Of a stretch of DNA of 64,000 bases, positions 1 to 9,974 are shown piece by piece. This DNA comes from Candidatus Micrarchaeota archaeon. GTDB taxonomy: Archaea > Micrarchaeota > Micrarchaeia > Anstonellales > Anstonellaceae. Position 1 is the stretch's first letter, and the number at the start of each line of letters is the position of its first letter. The notes beneath the pieces are model-generated. The model was not told where the DNA came from and did not search any database. It saw only the letters and a program-made list of their open reading frames with translations. The stretch covers positions 2,201-66,200 of the forward strand of contig JAKAME010000001.1 in NCBI GenBank assembly GCA_021813025.1, written 5' to 3'. Position numbers and translations under genes: made by a program.

Positions 1-32
1 TTGGGCATAGAAGCGGAATGGGGAGACGCCAT

Positions 33-1262
33 TTATAATTCATATAACTCTTCGATGCGGCGCACCATGTGCTGGATAGAGAACTCTTCCTTCATCCTCA
101 ATTTCCCGCTGTCGCCCAGGCGGGCGGCCAGTTTGGGGTCGTCATGCATTCGCAGCATGGCGCCCGCCAGTGCCCCCGCATCCCCGGGCGGCACCAGCAG
201 GCCGTTCTTTTCGTGCTCCACAAGCTCGGGAATGCCCCCGACCGAGGTGGAAACGACCGGAAGCCCGGCGAACATGGCCTCTATCAGGGAATAGGGAAGC
301 CCCTCGCGGATTGAGGGGCAGACGAAGAGGTCGGAGGCGCAAAGCCACTGGCGCACCGTTTCCTGCGGGCAGAAGCCTGCGAAAATCACGCGCTCGGAAA
401 CGCCCGCCTGCCGGCAGAGCTCCTCGATGCCCGCCTTGGTCTTGCCGTCCCCAAGCAGGACAAGCTTGGATGCCGGAACTGCCTTGGAGAATTGGGCGAA
501 TGCCTCCACAAGCTCCCTATGGCCCTTGACAAGCTCGAACACCGCAACGTCGCAGATGAGATAATCGCCGCCCGCCACGCCGTTTTCGCGCCTGAATTCT
601 GCAGAATCCAGCTTGCCAATCCGCGCATCCGGCCTGCGGGGGGCGGTGTAGACCACCTGTATTTTTTCGGGCGGAAGGCCGCGGAGGGAGCGCAATTCCT
701 CCCCTAGATATTTTGCATCAGGCAGGAACAGGTCTACCGAGCGCGAAGTGAGGGCGTCCAGCAGGCGGTCGAGGAGCGGGACCTGGCGCGCGAACGGGGT
801 GTTCAGCACGGAGAAAAGGATTTTTTTCGCCCCCGCAAGGCGGCCTGCCAGCGCTGCGGAATGGCAGGAGAATGCTGCCGGGTAGCCGCCGTTCATGAGA
901 TGCAGCACCGAGCCGCGCGAGCCGCGCAAATGGATGAGGAAGAGGAGGGTGTTGGGCAGGTAAAACAGGTAGCGGAAGCCGAAAAGCCCTGCGCGCATCA
1001 GCAGCTTGGCCGACTCTGGCAGGCGGGAGTGAAGAATCCGGTTGACCAGCCCGTTGGCGCTGAAGAAAAAGACGGAGCGCACCGGAATGGAGGGATGGAG
1101 GTTCTGCCGGATGCGGCCAATGAACTCGCGCTGGCCGTTGCACATGAGCAGCACGTCGTATCCGTCCGCGCGGAGCGAGTTGCACAGGTCGAAGAGGCAC
1201 TGCTCGGCCCCGCCGTGCTGCTGGCTCTCCATGAACAATATGATTTTCCTGGGGGCAGTCAT
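33..1262 (-). CDS. GT4 family glycosyltransferase
   Basis: N-terminal HGGAEQ motif, KGH and EGLPYSLIEAM (EX7E) GT-B motifs; start moved to ATG at 1262 (MTAPRKIILF). Confidence 0.9.
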   Translation of the reverse strand: MTAPRKIILFMESQQHGGAEQCLFDLCNSLRADGYDVLLMCNGQREFIGRIRQNLHPSIPVRSVFFFSANGLVNRILHSRLPESAKLLMRAGLFGFRYLFYLPNTLLFLIHLRGSRGSVLHLMNGGYPAAFSCHSAALAGRLAGAKKILFSVLNTPFARQVPLLDRLLDALTSRSVDLFLPDAKYLGEELRSLRGLPPEKIQVVYTAPRRPDARIGKLDSAEFRRENGVAGGDYLICDVAVFELVKGHRELVEAFAQFSKAVPASKLVLLGDGKTKAGIEELCRQAGVSERVIFAGFCPQETVRQWLCASDLFVCPSIREGLPYSLIEAMFAGLPVVSTSVGGIPELVEHEKNGLLVPPGDAGALAGAMLRMHDDPKLAARLGDSGKLRMKEEFSIQHMVRRIEELYEL

Positions 1263-1278
1263 GGGATAAACCCGCACG

Positions 1279-2085
1279 TCAGGCTTTTTTAGCTGCTGCC
1301 AGCACCCGGGCGGCCGCCTGCAGACAGAGGCTCTTGTTTTGGCCGTTGCATGCAACCACGCCTGCCTTCAGGCGCCGGGAGGCATAGGAGATTGGCCAGC
1401 CGTCCAAGCCGTATGCAGAGCCGCCGGCTTGGGACAGAATAATTTCCGGGGCGCAGAGGTCCCAGGCGCCAAGGGCTGCGAAAGTGGCGTAGACGTCCGC
1501 CTCGCCCCGCGCGATTAGCCCGAGCTTTATGCCGATGCTGCCGGTTTGCCGCACATGCCTGATGCCGGCAAGTCTGATGAAGTCCTTCTCGCTCTGGGTG
1601 AGGTGGTTTTTGCTCAAAACTGCCCGCAGCTCTGGGGGCAGACGGCGGGGGGAAACCGAGAGGCGCGCGGGCGCCGAGTTGCCGATTGCGCGATAGGCCC
1701 CCCGGCCAGCCTGCGCATACAGCATTTCATCGGACGCGGGCGCGTAGACGGCGCCAAAAGATGGGCGGCCTGAGAGCAGCAGGCCTGCCATGATGCAGAA
1801 CTGCCCGTCATGGCGGATGAAGTTGGAGGTTCCGTCCAGAGGGTCGAGCAGCCAGCATGAGGGGGGAAGGCCGGCGGGGCCCTCGGTTTCCTCAGACACT
1901 ATGGGATATTCCGACAGGCTGGCCAGCCCGTCCTGCAAAACATGGTTGGAGGCATCGTCGGCTTTCGTGACCGGGCTCTGGTCGCTTTTCTCGCCTGCCC
2001 CAAGCTCGCCGGAGCGGTAAATCTCCATCACGGCAGCGCCCGCGCTGCGCATAAGAGGCAGGATGGAGGAGGGCTGCAAATCCAT
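1279..2085 (-). CDS. cysQ: 3'(2'),5'-bisphosphate nucleotidase CysQ / inositol monophosphatase family
   Basis: KSDQSPVTKAD, SEE, LDPLDGT and WDLCA motifs. Confidence 0.8.
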   Translation of the reverse strand: MDLQPSSILPLMRSAGAAVMEIYRSGELGAGEKSDQSPVTKADDASNHVLQDGLASLSEYPIVSEETEGPAGLPPSCWLLDPLDGTSNFIRHDGQFCIMAGLLLSGRPSFGAVYAPASDEMLYAQAGRGAYRAIGNSAPARLSVSPRRLPPELRAVLSKNHLTQSEKDFIRLAGIRHVRQTGSIGIKLGLIARGEADVYATFAALGAWDLCAPEIILSQAGGSAYGLDGWPISYASRRLKAGVVACNGQNKSLCLQAAARVLAAAKKA

Positions 2086-2183
2086 GCACAGAGGATGGCT
2101 GGATTATTTATTAAATGGGAAGCGCCAAATTGTGGACGGAGCTGGCGGCAAGCGCGAATGGACGGACTGAACGGGGGATCGGC

Positions 2184-2984
2184 ATGCGCGTAATCTACAT
2201 GGCCAAGAACAAGGCCTCATGCATCGGGGGCCTGCGCTACCTGCTGGAGAAGGGCGTGGAGGTGGCGGCAGTGGTTGCCCCGCCCAAGGACGACCCTTCG
2301 ATGGGCGGGCGAAGCCTGGCCGAATTCGCCAAAAGCAGGGGGCTCAGGCTGGCGACTGACCAGGAGCTCTACGATGCGCTGGAAGGCAAGCCCTCGCCGG
2401 TGCCGAAATCGGCTCTGGAAAATGTTGATTTTGTCATTTCTTTCCTGTTCTGGAAGCGCATCCGCGCGCCCCTCATCCGCCTGCCGAAATTTGGGTGCGT
2501 CAATTTCCATCCCGCCCCCCTGCCAGATTTCCGCGGCGTGGGAGGATACAACGTGGCCATATGCGAAGGATTCCCCCAATGGGGCGCTTCAGTCCATTTT
2601 GTGGACGAGGCTCTCGATACCGGCGACATCATCCGCGTAGAGCGCTTCCCCATAGACCAGGAGGCAGAAACCGCCCTGTCTCTGGACCGCAAGACGCAGA
2701 ATGTGCTGCTTGGCATGTTCAGGGATTTCGTTGACCATGCCGTGCGCGGGGAGAAGTTCCCGCGCATGAAGCAGGGCCCGGGCAGGTATGTGAAAAAAGA
2801 GGAATTCGAGGCTTTGCGCAAAATCGGGGCGCATGAGGACGCCGCTTCCATAGGCCGCAAAATACGCGCGTTCTGGTATCCGCCCTACCCCGGCGCCACG
2901 ATTGAGGTGGACGGGAAGGCCTACACGCTTGTTGACGAGAAGATGATGAAAAAAATCGGCGAGATGGTGCACAAGGAAGATTGA
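2184..2984 (+). CDS. N10-formyl-THF-dependent formyltransferase, probably sugar-nucleotide N-formyltransferase
   Basis: NFHPAPLPDFRG and HFVDEALDTGDII formyltransferase motifs; lies in a nonulosonic-acid locus. Confidence 0.8.
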   Translation: MRVIYMAKNKASCIGGLRYLLEKGVEVAAVVAPPKDDPSMGGRSLAEFAKSRGLRLATDQELYDALEGKPSPVPKSALENVDFVISFLFWKRIRAPLIRLPKFGCVNFHPAPLPDFRGVGGYNVAICEGFPQWGASVHFVDEALDTGDIIRVERFPIDQEAETALSLDRKTQNVLLGMFRDFVDHAVRGEKFPRMKQGPGRYVKKEEFEALRKIGAHEDAASIGRKIRAFWYPPYPGATIEVDGKAYTLVDEKMMKKIGEMVHKED

Positions 2985-3013
2985 ACAATGACTGGACTAC
3001 GTATATAATTTTT

Positions 3014-4189
3014 TTATTCGTCCATCATCTGCTTCTGGAACAGCTTGGCGTCCAGCGGAATATCGCAAAGCACTTTCACTATGCGCTCTGACGCATGGCC
3101 GTCCCCATAGGGCGAGGCGCAGCGGGCTGTGAGGGATTTGCGGAAAGACGGCGACAGGGCTTTCTTGACAGCTGATTCTATGGCCTTCCTCTCATGCCCC
3201 ACGCTGAGCACGTTGCCCCCCTGCTCCCGGCCTGCCTGCCGGGGGCCGATGTTCACCGCAGGCGTGCAGAACGAGGGGGCCTCCAAAATGGCGCTTGAAG
3301 TGTTGCCAACCATGGCCCCGCAATGCTTCATTAAGGAAAGGTAATCGGCATATGGCACGCTTGGGCAAATCCTCACGAGCGGCAGGCGCTTCCTTCTCTG
3401 CTCGATAACCTCAATCATCTGCCTGCCGCCTGCATCTGAGTTGGGGTAAATCAGCACCGCGGGCAGGCGGAGGCTTTCAAGCACGCTGAGGGTGAGGCCC
3501 ATCTGGGAGGCGGCCGCATCAGGGCTTGTGGAGAGAGGATGCTGCAGCACAAGCAGGAAAGGCTTTTTCGGCTCAAGACCGTATTTGCGGCAGATTGAGT
3601 CTTTAGAATCAAGCTTTTGCGAGAGTATGAAATCCACGGCAGGCGAGCCTGCGCGGAAGATGCGCCACTTGGCCTCGCCCATCCTCAGCAGGCGGGCCTC
3701 GCTCTTCTTTGAAACAGGGAAATGGATTTGTGCCAGCTTGGTAATCGCCCCGCGAGCATACTCGTCCAGCCCGCCGGTGGCATTGTCGCCCCCGTGCAAA
3801 TGGGCGAGGGGGATGGACATGTAGGTGGCGGTGATGGCGGCAGTGAGCATCTCGATGCGGTCGCCCAGCACAAGCACTATGTCCGGTTTGAGGCGCCTGA
3901 ATTCGGCAGCCATTCCCTCCACGCCGCGCGAGATGGAGAGGGTGCGCTCATAGGGCGTTTCTTCCTCTTCGTTCATGTTCTGGACCTCGGCATCCGCATC
4001 GAATCCGTCCGCGCGTATCTGGGCTATGGTGTGGCCAAATCTCTTGAGCAGATGCATGCCGCATACCAGAAGCTGCAATTTCAGCCTAGGCTCTTTCCGG
4101 ATTGCACGAAGCAGGGCTGTGAGGATGCCGTAGTCGGCCCGCGTCCCGGTAATCACGCAGATTTTCCTTTGCATAGTCTGCACCTGCAT
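3014..4189 (-). CDS. neuC: hydrolysing UDP/GDP-N-acetylhexosamine 2-epimerase (NeuC/LegG)
   Basis: ITGTRADYG, GMHL, LGDRIE, HLHGGD and GNTSSAILEA motifs. Confidence 0.92.
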   Translation of the reverse strand: MQVQTMQRKICVITGTRADYGILTALLRAIRKEPRLKLQLLVCGMHLLKRFGHTIAQIRADGFDADAEVQNMNEEEETPYERTLSISRGVEGMAAEFRRLKPDIVLVLGDRIEMLTAAITATYMSIPLAHLHGGDNATGGLDEYARGAITKLAQIHFPVSKKSEARLLRMGEAKWRIFRAGSPAVDFILSQKLDSKDSICRKYGLEPKKPFLLVLQHPLSTSPDAAASQMGLTLSVLESLRLPAVLIYPNSDAGGRQMIEVIEQRRKRLPLVRICPSVPYADYLSLMKHCGAMVGNTSSAILEAPSFCTPAVNIGPRQAGREQGGNVLSVGHERKAIESAVKKALSPSFRKSLTARCASPYGDGHASERIVKVLCDIPLDAKLFQKQMMDE

Positions 4190-4192
4190 TGC

Positions 4193-5308
4193 TCATGCTT
4201 CTACATCCTTCTTATAGATGGGGGCCCCGCTGGCTATTGCAGTCCTGAGCCGCCGGCCAACCAGAGAATACAATTCCTCTGATTTGAATGCCCCCTCAAG
4301 CATGGGCCGTTTTGAAACCAAATCCTCCTCGTGGATTATGCCGCCTGCCTTCAGCCCGCGGGTGGCGAACACGCTTTTTCGCACCAGCTGCCGCGTTGCC
4401 AGCTCGGAAGGCACGGGTTCTTTTTCATGCCTGCCCAGCATAGCAGCATTCTTGTCCAACAGGTGCCTTGACTCTTCTTGCGCCCGGGGCGTCTTTAACT
4501 CCAGCCTGCGTATGAGGGCGACCATCTCCCCCAGCCCGCCGGGCTCCAGCGAGGCGGCATGGTCAGGGCCCTGCATCTTTCTGTCCAGGGTGAAATGCTT
4601 CTCGATTATGCAGGCGCCCAAGCCGACTGCCAGCGCCGGGGCCTCGATTCCCCTGCTGTGGTCGGAATAACCTATGGGAACCGGAAATTCCTTTTTCAGG
4701 GTCAGGATGTTGTTCAGGTTCAGGGAGGAGGGGGGGGCGGGATATTCGCTGGTGCAGTGCAGGATGGCCAGCTGGGTGCAGCCATTGGACTGCAGGAATT
4801 CGTATGCTTTTCTGACCTCCTGCAGGCTGGACATGCCTGTGGAGAGGATGACCGGCTTTCCGCTCTTGGCAGCAGCCTTGAGCAATTGCAGGTTGGTGAT
4901 TTCACCAGACGGGATTTTGTAGGCAGCCACGCCCAGCTTTTCCAAAAGCTCGAAGCTGACGAGGTCAAATGGTGAGGAGAGGAAGAGGATGCCCTTCTTT
5001 TCGCAATAGGTTTTGAGCGTTCGGTAATCCTCTGCCTTGAGCTGCAAACTCTTGAGCATCTCCTGCTGGTTGGCATGGCGCTTGTCATTGGTTTTCTGGT
5101 ATTGGGCTTTGCCGGCCAAGGGGGAGGCGAGCTGCTCAGCCACAAAAGTCTGGAACTTGACCGCGTCTGCCCCCGCCGCATGGGCCGCATCAACAAGCTG
5201 GAGCGCAAGCTTTACGCTGCCGTTGTGGTTGACGCCCGCCTCGGCTATTATGAAGCACGGATGGCCCCGCCCTATGAGCCGGCCTGCGACTGAGAACTCC
5301 TTCTTCAT
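4193..5308 (-). CDS. neuB: nonulosonic acid synthase (NeuB/LegI) with C-terminal SAF/AFP domain
   Basis: IIAEAGVNHNG, AVKFQTF, KIPSGE, LHCTSEYP, GYSDH, IEKHFTLD and GPDH motifs. Confidence 0.95.
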   Translation of the reverse strand: MKKEFSVAGRLIGRGHPCFIIAEAGVNHNGSVKLALQLVDAAHAAGADAVKFQTFVAEQLASPLAGKAQYQKTNDKRHANQQEMLKSLQLKAEDYRTLKTYCEKKGILFLSSPFDLVSFELLEKLGVAAYKIPSGEITNLQLLKAAAKSGKPVILSTGMSSLQEVRKAYEFLQSNGCTQLAILHCTSEYPAPPSSLNLNNILTLKKEFPVPIGYSDHSRGIEAPALAVGLGACIIEKHFTLDRKMQGPDHAASLEPGGLGEMVALIRRLELKTPRAQEESRHLLDKNAAMLGRHEKEPVPSELATRQLVRKSVFATRGLKAGGIIHEEDLVSKRPMLEGAFKSEELYSLVGRRLRTAIASGAPIYKKDVEA

Positions 5309-5368
5309 GAACCTGATTTGGCGGGCCCAAGCATTAAAACCCAAGCATTTTGGGGAGGATTGGTGCGC

Positions 5369-6115
5369 CTATTTCTTCCTGCGCTCGCGGGCCCAAAACT
5401 CGGCCCACTTAAAATCCATTTCGTCGTCAATCTCGATGCTGAACTCGCCCCCCACCACAACGTAGCGGGTCTTGTCCGTGATAAAGCGCTTGAGTTGCTC
5501 GTATGCCGCAGTCTCGATGAGGTAGAACGGGCCGCCGAAGTAGGCCTTGGGCAAATCCTGATGGCGGGCGTAATACTTGTCAGGATAGAGGGCGCGCAGA
5601 AGGCCTGTGCCGTCGTCCACTAGGGTCCAGAACGGCGGGTCCTTGGCCTCGAACACCCCGAACACGCTGTCGCAGCGGGGGTCGGTGCGCAGAATCCCGA
5701 TTGCCTTGGCCACGTCCTCCCGCCGCCTGAACGGGGTGGTGGGCATGAGCAGGGCGAAGGCGAGGGGGTATTTGCCATCCTGCCTGAGCAGGCCCAGCCA
5801 GTGTTCCACCACTTCTTTCATTAGCGAGGTGTCCTTGGCAAATTCGGCAGGCCGCTCGATGGCGCGCGCGCCAGCCTTTTTCGCAAGCTCCAGAATCTCC
5901 GCATCGTCGCTGCTCACATACACCCCGCTGAACAGCCCGCTCTTTATGGCGAAATCGATTGTGTGCAGAATCAGCGGCTTGCCGTCAAGCTCGCGCAGGT
6001 TCTTGCGCGGGATTGTCTTGCTGCCCCCGCGCGCGGGGATGAGGCAGGGCATCTTCAGGCTCTCGAAACCTGGCTTGAATGCGACGGCGCTCTTTTTCAT
6101 ACATATCACCTTCAT
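5369..6115 (-). CDS. neuA: CMP-nonulosonic acid synthetase (NeuA/LegF)
   Basis: IPARGGSKTIPRKN, PTTPFR and EIDDEMDF motifs; ATGA overlap with upstream stop (alternative start 6100). Confidence 0.9.
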   Translation of the reverse strand: MKVICMKKSAVAFKPGFESLKMPCLIPARGGSKTIPRKNLRELDGKPLILHTIDFAIKSGLFSGVYVSSDDAEILELAKKAGARAIERPAEFAKDTSLMKEVVEHWLGLLRQDGKYPLAFALLMPTTPFRRREDVAKAIGILRTDPRCDSVFGVFEAKDPPFWTLVDDGTGLLRALYPDKYYARHQDLPKAYFGGPFYLIETAAYEQLKRFITDKTRYVVVGGEFSIEIDDEMDFKWAEFWARERRKK

Positions 6116-7551
6116 AACAATCTGCTGAACCACTGCAGCATGCGCATGCCCACCTCGCCGCTTTTTTCAGGGTGGAACTGGGTGCCGAAAACATTGCCTT
6201 TGCGTATGACAGAGCAGAATTCCTGGCCCCCGTGCACCGAGCTGGCCAGCACCGAGCCCCCGTCCTCGGGCGCCGCGTAGAATGAGTGCACGAAATAGGC
6301 TTCCGAGCCGTCGGGCACGCTCTCAAGCGGAGTTCCATCCCATTGCGCCCCCTTCGGCTTTGAAATCTGGTTCCAGCCGATTTGGGGCACGCGGTAGCCC
6401 GGCTCCCTGACCTCGGGCACAGGCTTGAACGGCAGCACGCGGCCCGGTATTATGCCAAGCCCCCCATGGCGGCCGAATTCGAGACTTTCGGAGAGAAGCA
6501 GCTGCATGCCGAGGCAGATGCCGAAAAACGGCCGGCCGCTCTTCACATAGCCGCGGATGGGGGCGATGAGCCCGCGCTTTTCCAGCTCGCTCATGCCGAA
6601 CCCGAACGCCCCGTCGCCGGGAAGCACGAGCAGCTGGGCCTGCTCTATCTCGGCCGCGCTCGTCACAAGCTTGACAGGATTGCCAAGGTTGGAGAAGGCG
6701 GTGCGCACGCTCTTGAGGTTGCCCGCGCCGTAGTCGATGATGGAGACCTCTTTTGGATTCGGGGAGGGGTTGGCCTGCACGCGGGCAAGCATTGCCTTCC
6801 TTGTCGCGATGCCGGCGCGCGCCAGCTCCTCCTTCACTCCCCCTATGGTGGCGCGGTTGTAGTGCAGTATGGAGGCAAAGCAGGCGCCGTCGCATCCGGT
6901 TTTGCGCAAGCAGTCGGCCACGTCGGCCCCGTCCCGCGCCCCGCCGCAGGCGAGGACAGGGACTGAAACCGAGGATGCGATGCGGCCCAGAAGCTCGTGG
7001 TCATAGCCGGACATCGTCCCTTCCCTGTCCACCGATGTTACCAGAAGCTCGCCGGCGCCGAAGCCCGCCAGCTTTTTCGCCCATTCCAGCGCGTCAAGCC
7101 CCGTGCGCTCGCGGCCGTTGTCAACGTAGCATTCCCATTTCCCTTCATTGAATTTCGCCTCTATCGAGCCGACTATGCACTGCGAGCCGAAGATTTCTGC
7201 AGCCTTGGTAATAAGTTCCGGGTTTCTGGTGGCTGCGGTGTTGATGGCCACCTTGTCCGCCCCCGCGCGCAGGAGCGTGCGCACGTCCTCCACGCTGCGT
7301 ATGCCCCCGCCAACGGTGACAGGTATGTAGATGCCGTTGGACGCCATGTTCTCCACTATTTCGGTGAGGTTGTTGCGCTCATAGAGGCTGGCCACCGTGT
7401 CTATGTAGAGGATTTCGTCAGCTCCCTGCTCGTAATAGCGCTTGGCCAGAACGGCCGGGCTGCCTATGACGCGCAGGCCCTCGAGCTGGATGCCCTTGAC
7501 GACGTTGGGGCCCTTGATGTCCAGGCGGGGTATGATTCGCACCCGTTTCAT
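6112..7551 (-). CDS. fused HisF-like cyclase + HisH-like glutaminase (WbuZ/WbuY, AglZ/AglY type)
   Basis: N-half [33 protein letters not shown]-half [29 protein letters not shown]. Confidence 0.9.
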   Translation of the reverse strand: MKRVRIIPRLDIKGPNVVKGIQLEGLRVIGSPAVLAKRYYEQGADEILYIDTVASLYERNNLTEIVENMASNGIYIPVTVGGGIRSVEDVRTLLRAGADKVAINTAATRNPELITKAAEIFGSQCIVGSIEAKFNEGKWECYVDNGRERTGLDALEWAKKLAGFGAGELLVTSVDREGTMSGYDHELLGRIASSVSVPVLACGGARDGADVADCLRKTGCDGACFASILHYNRATIGGVKEELARAGIATRKAMLARVQANPSPNPKEVSIIDYGAGNLKSVRTAFSNLGNPVKLVTSAAEIEQAQLLVLPGDGAFGFGMSELEKRGLIAPIRGYVKSGRPFFGICLGMQLLLSESLEFGRHGGLGIIPGRVLPFKPVPEVREPGYRVPQIGWNQISKPKGAQWDGTPLESVPDGSEAYFVHSFYAAPEDGGSVLASSVHGGQEFCSVIRKGNVFGTQFHPEKSGEVGMRMLQWFSRLL

Positions 7552-7702
7552 AGCACGACCTTTTAGGATAGAACAAGCCTCATGCGGCCAGCTTCATTTC
7601 AAGCGTTCTGTGGAGACCGACCTTTATAACGTTTAATCGCCGGCGATGGGCGGCTTTTTATTCATTCTATTCGAAATAAAAGCAGGATTTTGGCGTGATT
7701 GC

Positions 7703-8839
7703 ATGCCTTTTCGCATACCCCTGCACAAGCACTTTCATGACGAGGCGGACAGCGAAGCGGTCCTGTCGGTGATCCGCCGCGGCATGCACTGGGCCAACGG
7801 GCCGGAAATAGAGCAGCTTGAGAAGGAGCTGGCCGCGTATTCTGGCCTGCCGCACGCGCTTGCGTTCAGCAACGGCACCTGCGCCCTGCACGCCCTGATG
7901 CTGGCAAGCGGCATTGGGCCGGGCGACGAGGTCATCGTCCCCTCATTCACCTTCATAGCCACCGCCAACGCCGTCCTTTTCACTGGAGCCAAGCCGGTGT
8001 TTGCTGACATCGAGCCAAATACGCTGGCGCTGGACGCGCAGGACGTGCGCAGGCGCATCACCAGGAAAACAAAGGCCATCATGCCGATTCATTATGCAGG
8101 CACGCCCGCCTCGCAAATAAACGGGCTTGCGGCCCTTGCAAAGGAGAAGAATCTTCTGCTTCTGGAGGACGCTGCCGAGTCCATTGGCGCGAAGCTGGGG
8201 GGGAAGATGACAGGCGCCTTCGGAGATGCGGGCGTCTACAGCTTCTGCGCCAACAAGGTGATTACCTCGGGGGAGGGCGGGGCGGTGGTCACCCGCTCTC
8301 GCGAGATGCATGAGAAGCTCAAGCTTTTGCGCTCGCACGGGCGGGCCGAGACTGAGAACTACTTCGAGTCCAGCCAGCACATGGATTACGTCGCTCTGGG
8401 ATACAATTTCCGCATGCCCTCCATGGTGGCCGCGCTGGCCCTCTCGCAGCTGCGCAAGATAGACAAAATAATTTCCCTGCGCCGCTCGGTAGCCCAGCAT
8501 TACGGCCGCCTGCTCGCGCCCCTGAGCGGCGTCACGCTGCCCGCCGACGGCGGCGAACTCTTCAGCGTCTACCAGCTCTACACCATCCGCCTCAAGGACA
8601 GGGCCGCGCGCGACGGGCTGAAGAAGCACCTGGAGGGCGCTGGCATCATGTGCAAGGTGTATTTCGAGCCCGTGCACCTCACCCATTTTTACAAGAACGT
8701 GCTCAAATACTCGGAGCGGCTGCCGGTCACTGAGGAGACCGCCTCGCGCGTTCTCTCGCTGCCGATTTATGCTGACATGAAAAAGGAGGAAATCGAGCTG
8801 GTGTGCGGGGAAATCAAGCGCTATTTCCAGGGGGGATGA
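7703..8839 (+). CDS. DegT/DnrJ/EryC1/StrS sugar aminotransferase (LegC/PseC-like)
   Basis: NGTCALH, GPGDEVIVPSFTFIAT, EDAAES, SFCANKVITSGEGG and GYNFRM motifs. Confidence 0.92.
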   Translation: MPFRIPLHKHFHDEADSEAVLSVIRRGMHWANGPEIEQLEKELAAYSGLPHALAFSNGTCALHALMLASGIGPGDEVIVPSFTFIATANAVLFTGAKPVFADIEPNTLALDAQDVRRRITRKTKAIMPIHYAGTPASQINGLAALAKEKNLLLLEDAAESIGAKLGGKMTGAFGDAGVYSFCANKVITSGEGGAVVTRSREMHEKLKLLRSHGRAETENYFESSQHMDYVALGYNFRMPSMVAALALSQLRKIDKIISLRRSVAQHYGRLLAPLSGVTLPADGGELFSVYQLYTIRLKDRAARDGLKKHLEGAGIMCKVYFEPVHLTHFYKNVLKYSERLPVTEETASRVLSLPIYADMKKEEIELVCGEIKRYFQGG

Positions 8840-8840
8840 C

Positions 8841-9881
8841 ATGGCACAGAACCTGAAAACATTCTTCGACAAAAAAACCATCCTGGTCACCGGCGGGGCC
8901 GGCTCAATCGGCAGCGAGCTGGTGCGCCACCTGGTCAAGAACTACTCGCCGCGCGCGGTGAGGGTGTTTGATTCCAACGAGACCGCGCTTTTCGAGCTTG
9001 AGCAGGAGTTCGGGGTGGGCAACAGCCCCATCCGCCTGTTCGTGGGCGACGTGCGGGACCGCGACCGCCTGCGCATGGCCATGGACGGAGCCGACCTCGT
9101 ATTCCACGCGGCCGCCCTCAAGCACGTCTATCTCAACGAGTACACGCCCGCCGAGGCCGTCAAGACCAACGTGCTGGGCACCCAGAACGTGATTGACATG
9201 GCGCTTGAGAAAAACGTCGAGCGTGTGATAAACATCTCCACAGACAAGGCAGTGGACCCCACCAGCGTGATGGGCACCACCAAGCTGCTTGCCGAGAAGC
9301 TCACCACCGCGGCCAACGGCCAGCGCGGCTCGCGGCGCACGGTGTTCGCATCCGTGCGCTTCGGCAACGTGCTTGCCTCGCGAGGCTCGGTGCTCCCGCT
9401 CTTCGTCAGCCAGATAAGGAAGGGAGGCCCGGTAACGGTGACAGACCCCAAGATGACGCGCTTCTTCATGACCATTCCGGCTGCGGTGTCGCTCATACTT
9501 GAGGCGACCGCGAGGGCGTCGGGGGGCGAGCTGTTCATACTTCGCATGCCATCGATGAAAATCGGCGACCTGGCCGAGGCGGTGGTGGAGAAATACGCCC
9601 CCCGCCTCGGGCGCAAATCATCTGACATCAAAATCAAGGTGATTGGCGCGCGCAAGGGGGAGAAGATGCACGAATCCCTGCTCACCGAGCATGAGCGCCT
9701 GTTCGCCCGCATGAGCGGCGGGCTGATTTGCATCCATCCCGAAATCCTTTCCAGGCACGGCACCGTGCCGGCGCCGGAGGGGCGGCCGGCGGACTGGGTG
9801 GAGGACGCGCTGGTCAGCAGCAGGACTAACAACCTCTCCAAGGCTGAAGTGCGCAAGATGCTGGACGAAGGCGAGGGCTAG
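8841..9881 (+). CDS. NDP-GlcNAc 4,6-dehydratase (Polysacc_synt_2, PseB/LegB/CapD-like)
   Basis: TGGAGSIG, HAAALKHV, ISTDKA, RFGNVLASRGSV, MTRFFM and GEKMHE motifs. Confidence 0.92.
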   Translation: MAQNLKTFFDKKTILVTGGAGSIGSELVRHLVKNYSPRAVRVFDSNETALFELEQEFGVGNSPIRLFVGDVRDRDRLRMAMDGADLVFHAAALKHVYLNEYTPAEAVKTNVLGTQNVIDMALEKNVERVINISTDKAVDPTSVMGTTKLLAEKLTTAANGQRGSRRTVFASVRFGNVLASRGSVLPLFVSQIRKGGPVTVTDPKMTRFFMTIPAAVSLILEATARASGGELFILRMPSMKIGDLAEAVVEKYAPRLGRKSSDIKIKVIGARKGEKMHESLLTEHERLFARMSGGLICIHPEILSRHGTVPAPEGRPADWVEDALVSSRTNNLSKAEVRKMLDEGEG

Positions 9882-9974
9882 CGCCGGCGGGCGGGCGGCA
9901 GATTTTTGCGCGGCTTGCAATTAAAACTTCCCCTTATCCGCCTGGCATAAATAACTGCGCCCCGCAATTGGACC

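Noticed and set aside
2184..2984. Methionyl-tRNA formyltransferase (fmt)
   Set aside because: Archaeal host and sugar-locus context favour a sugar formyltransferase.
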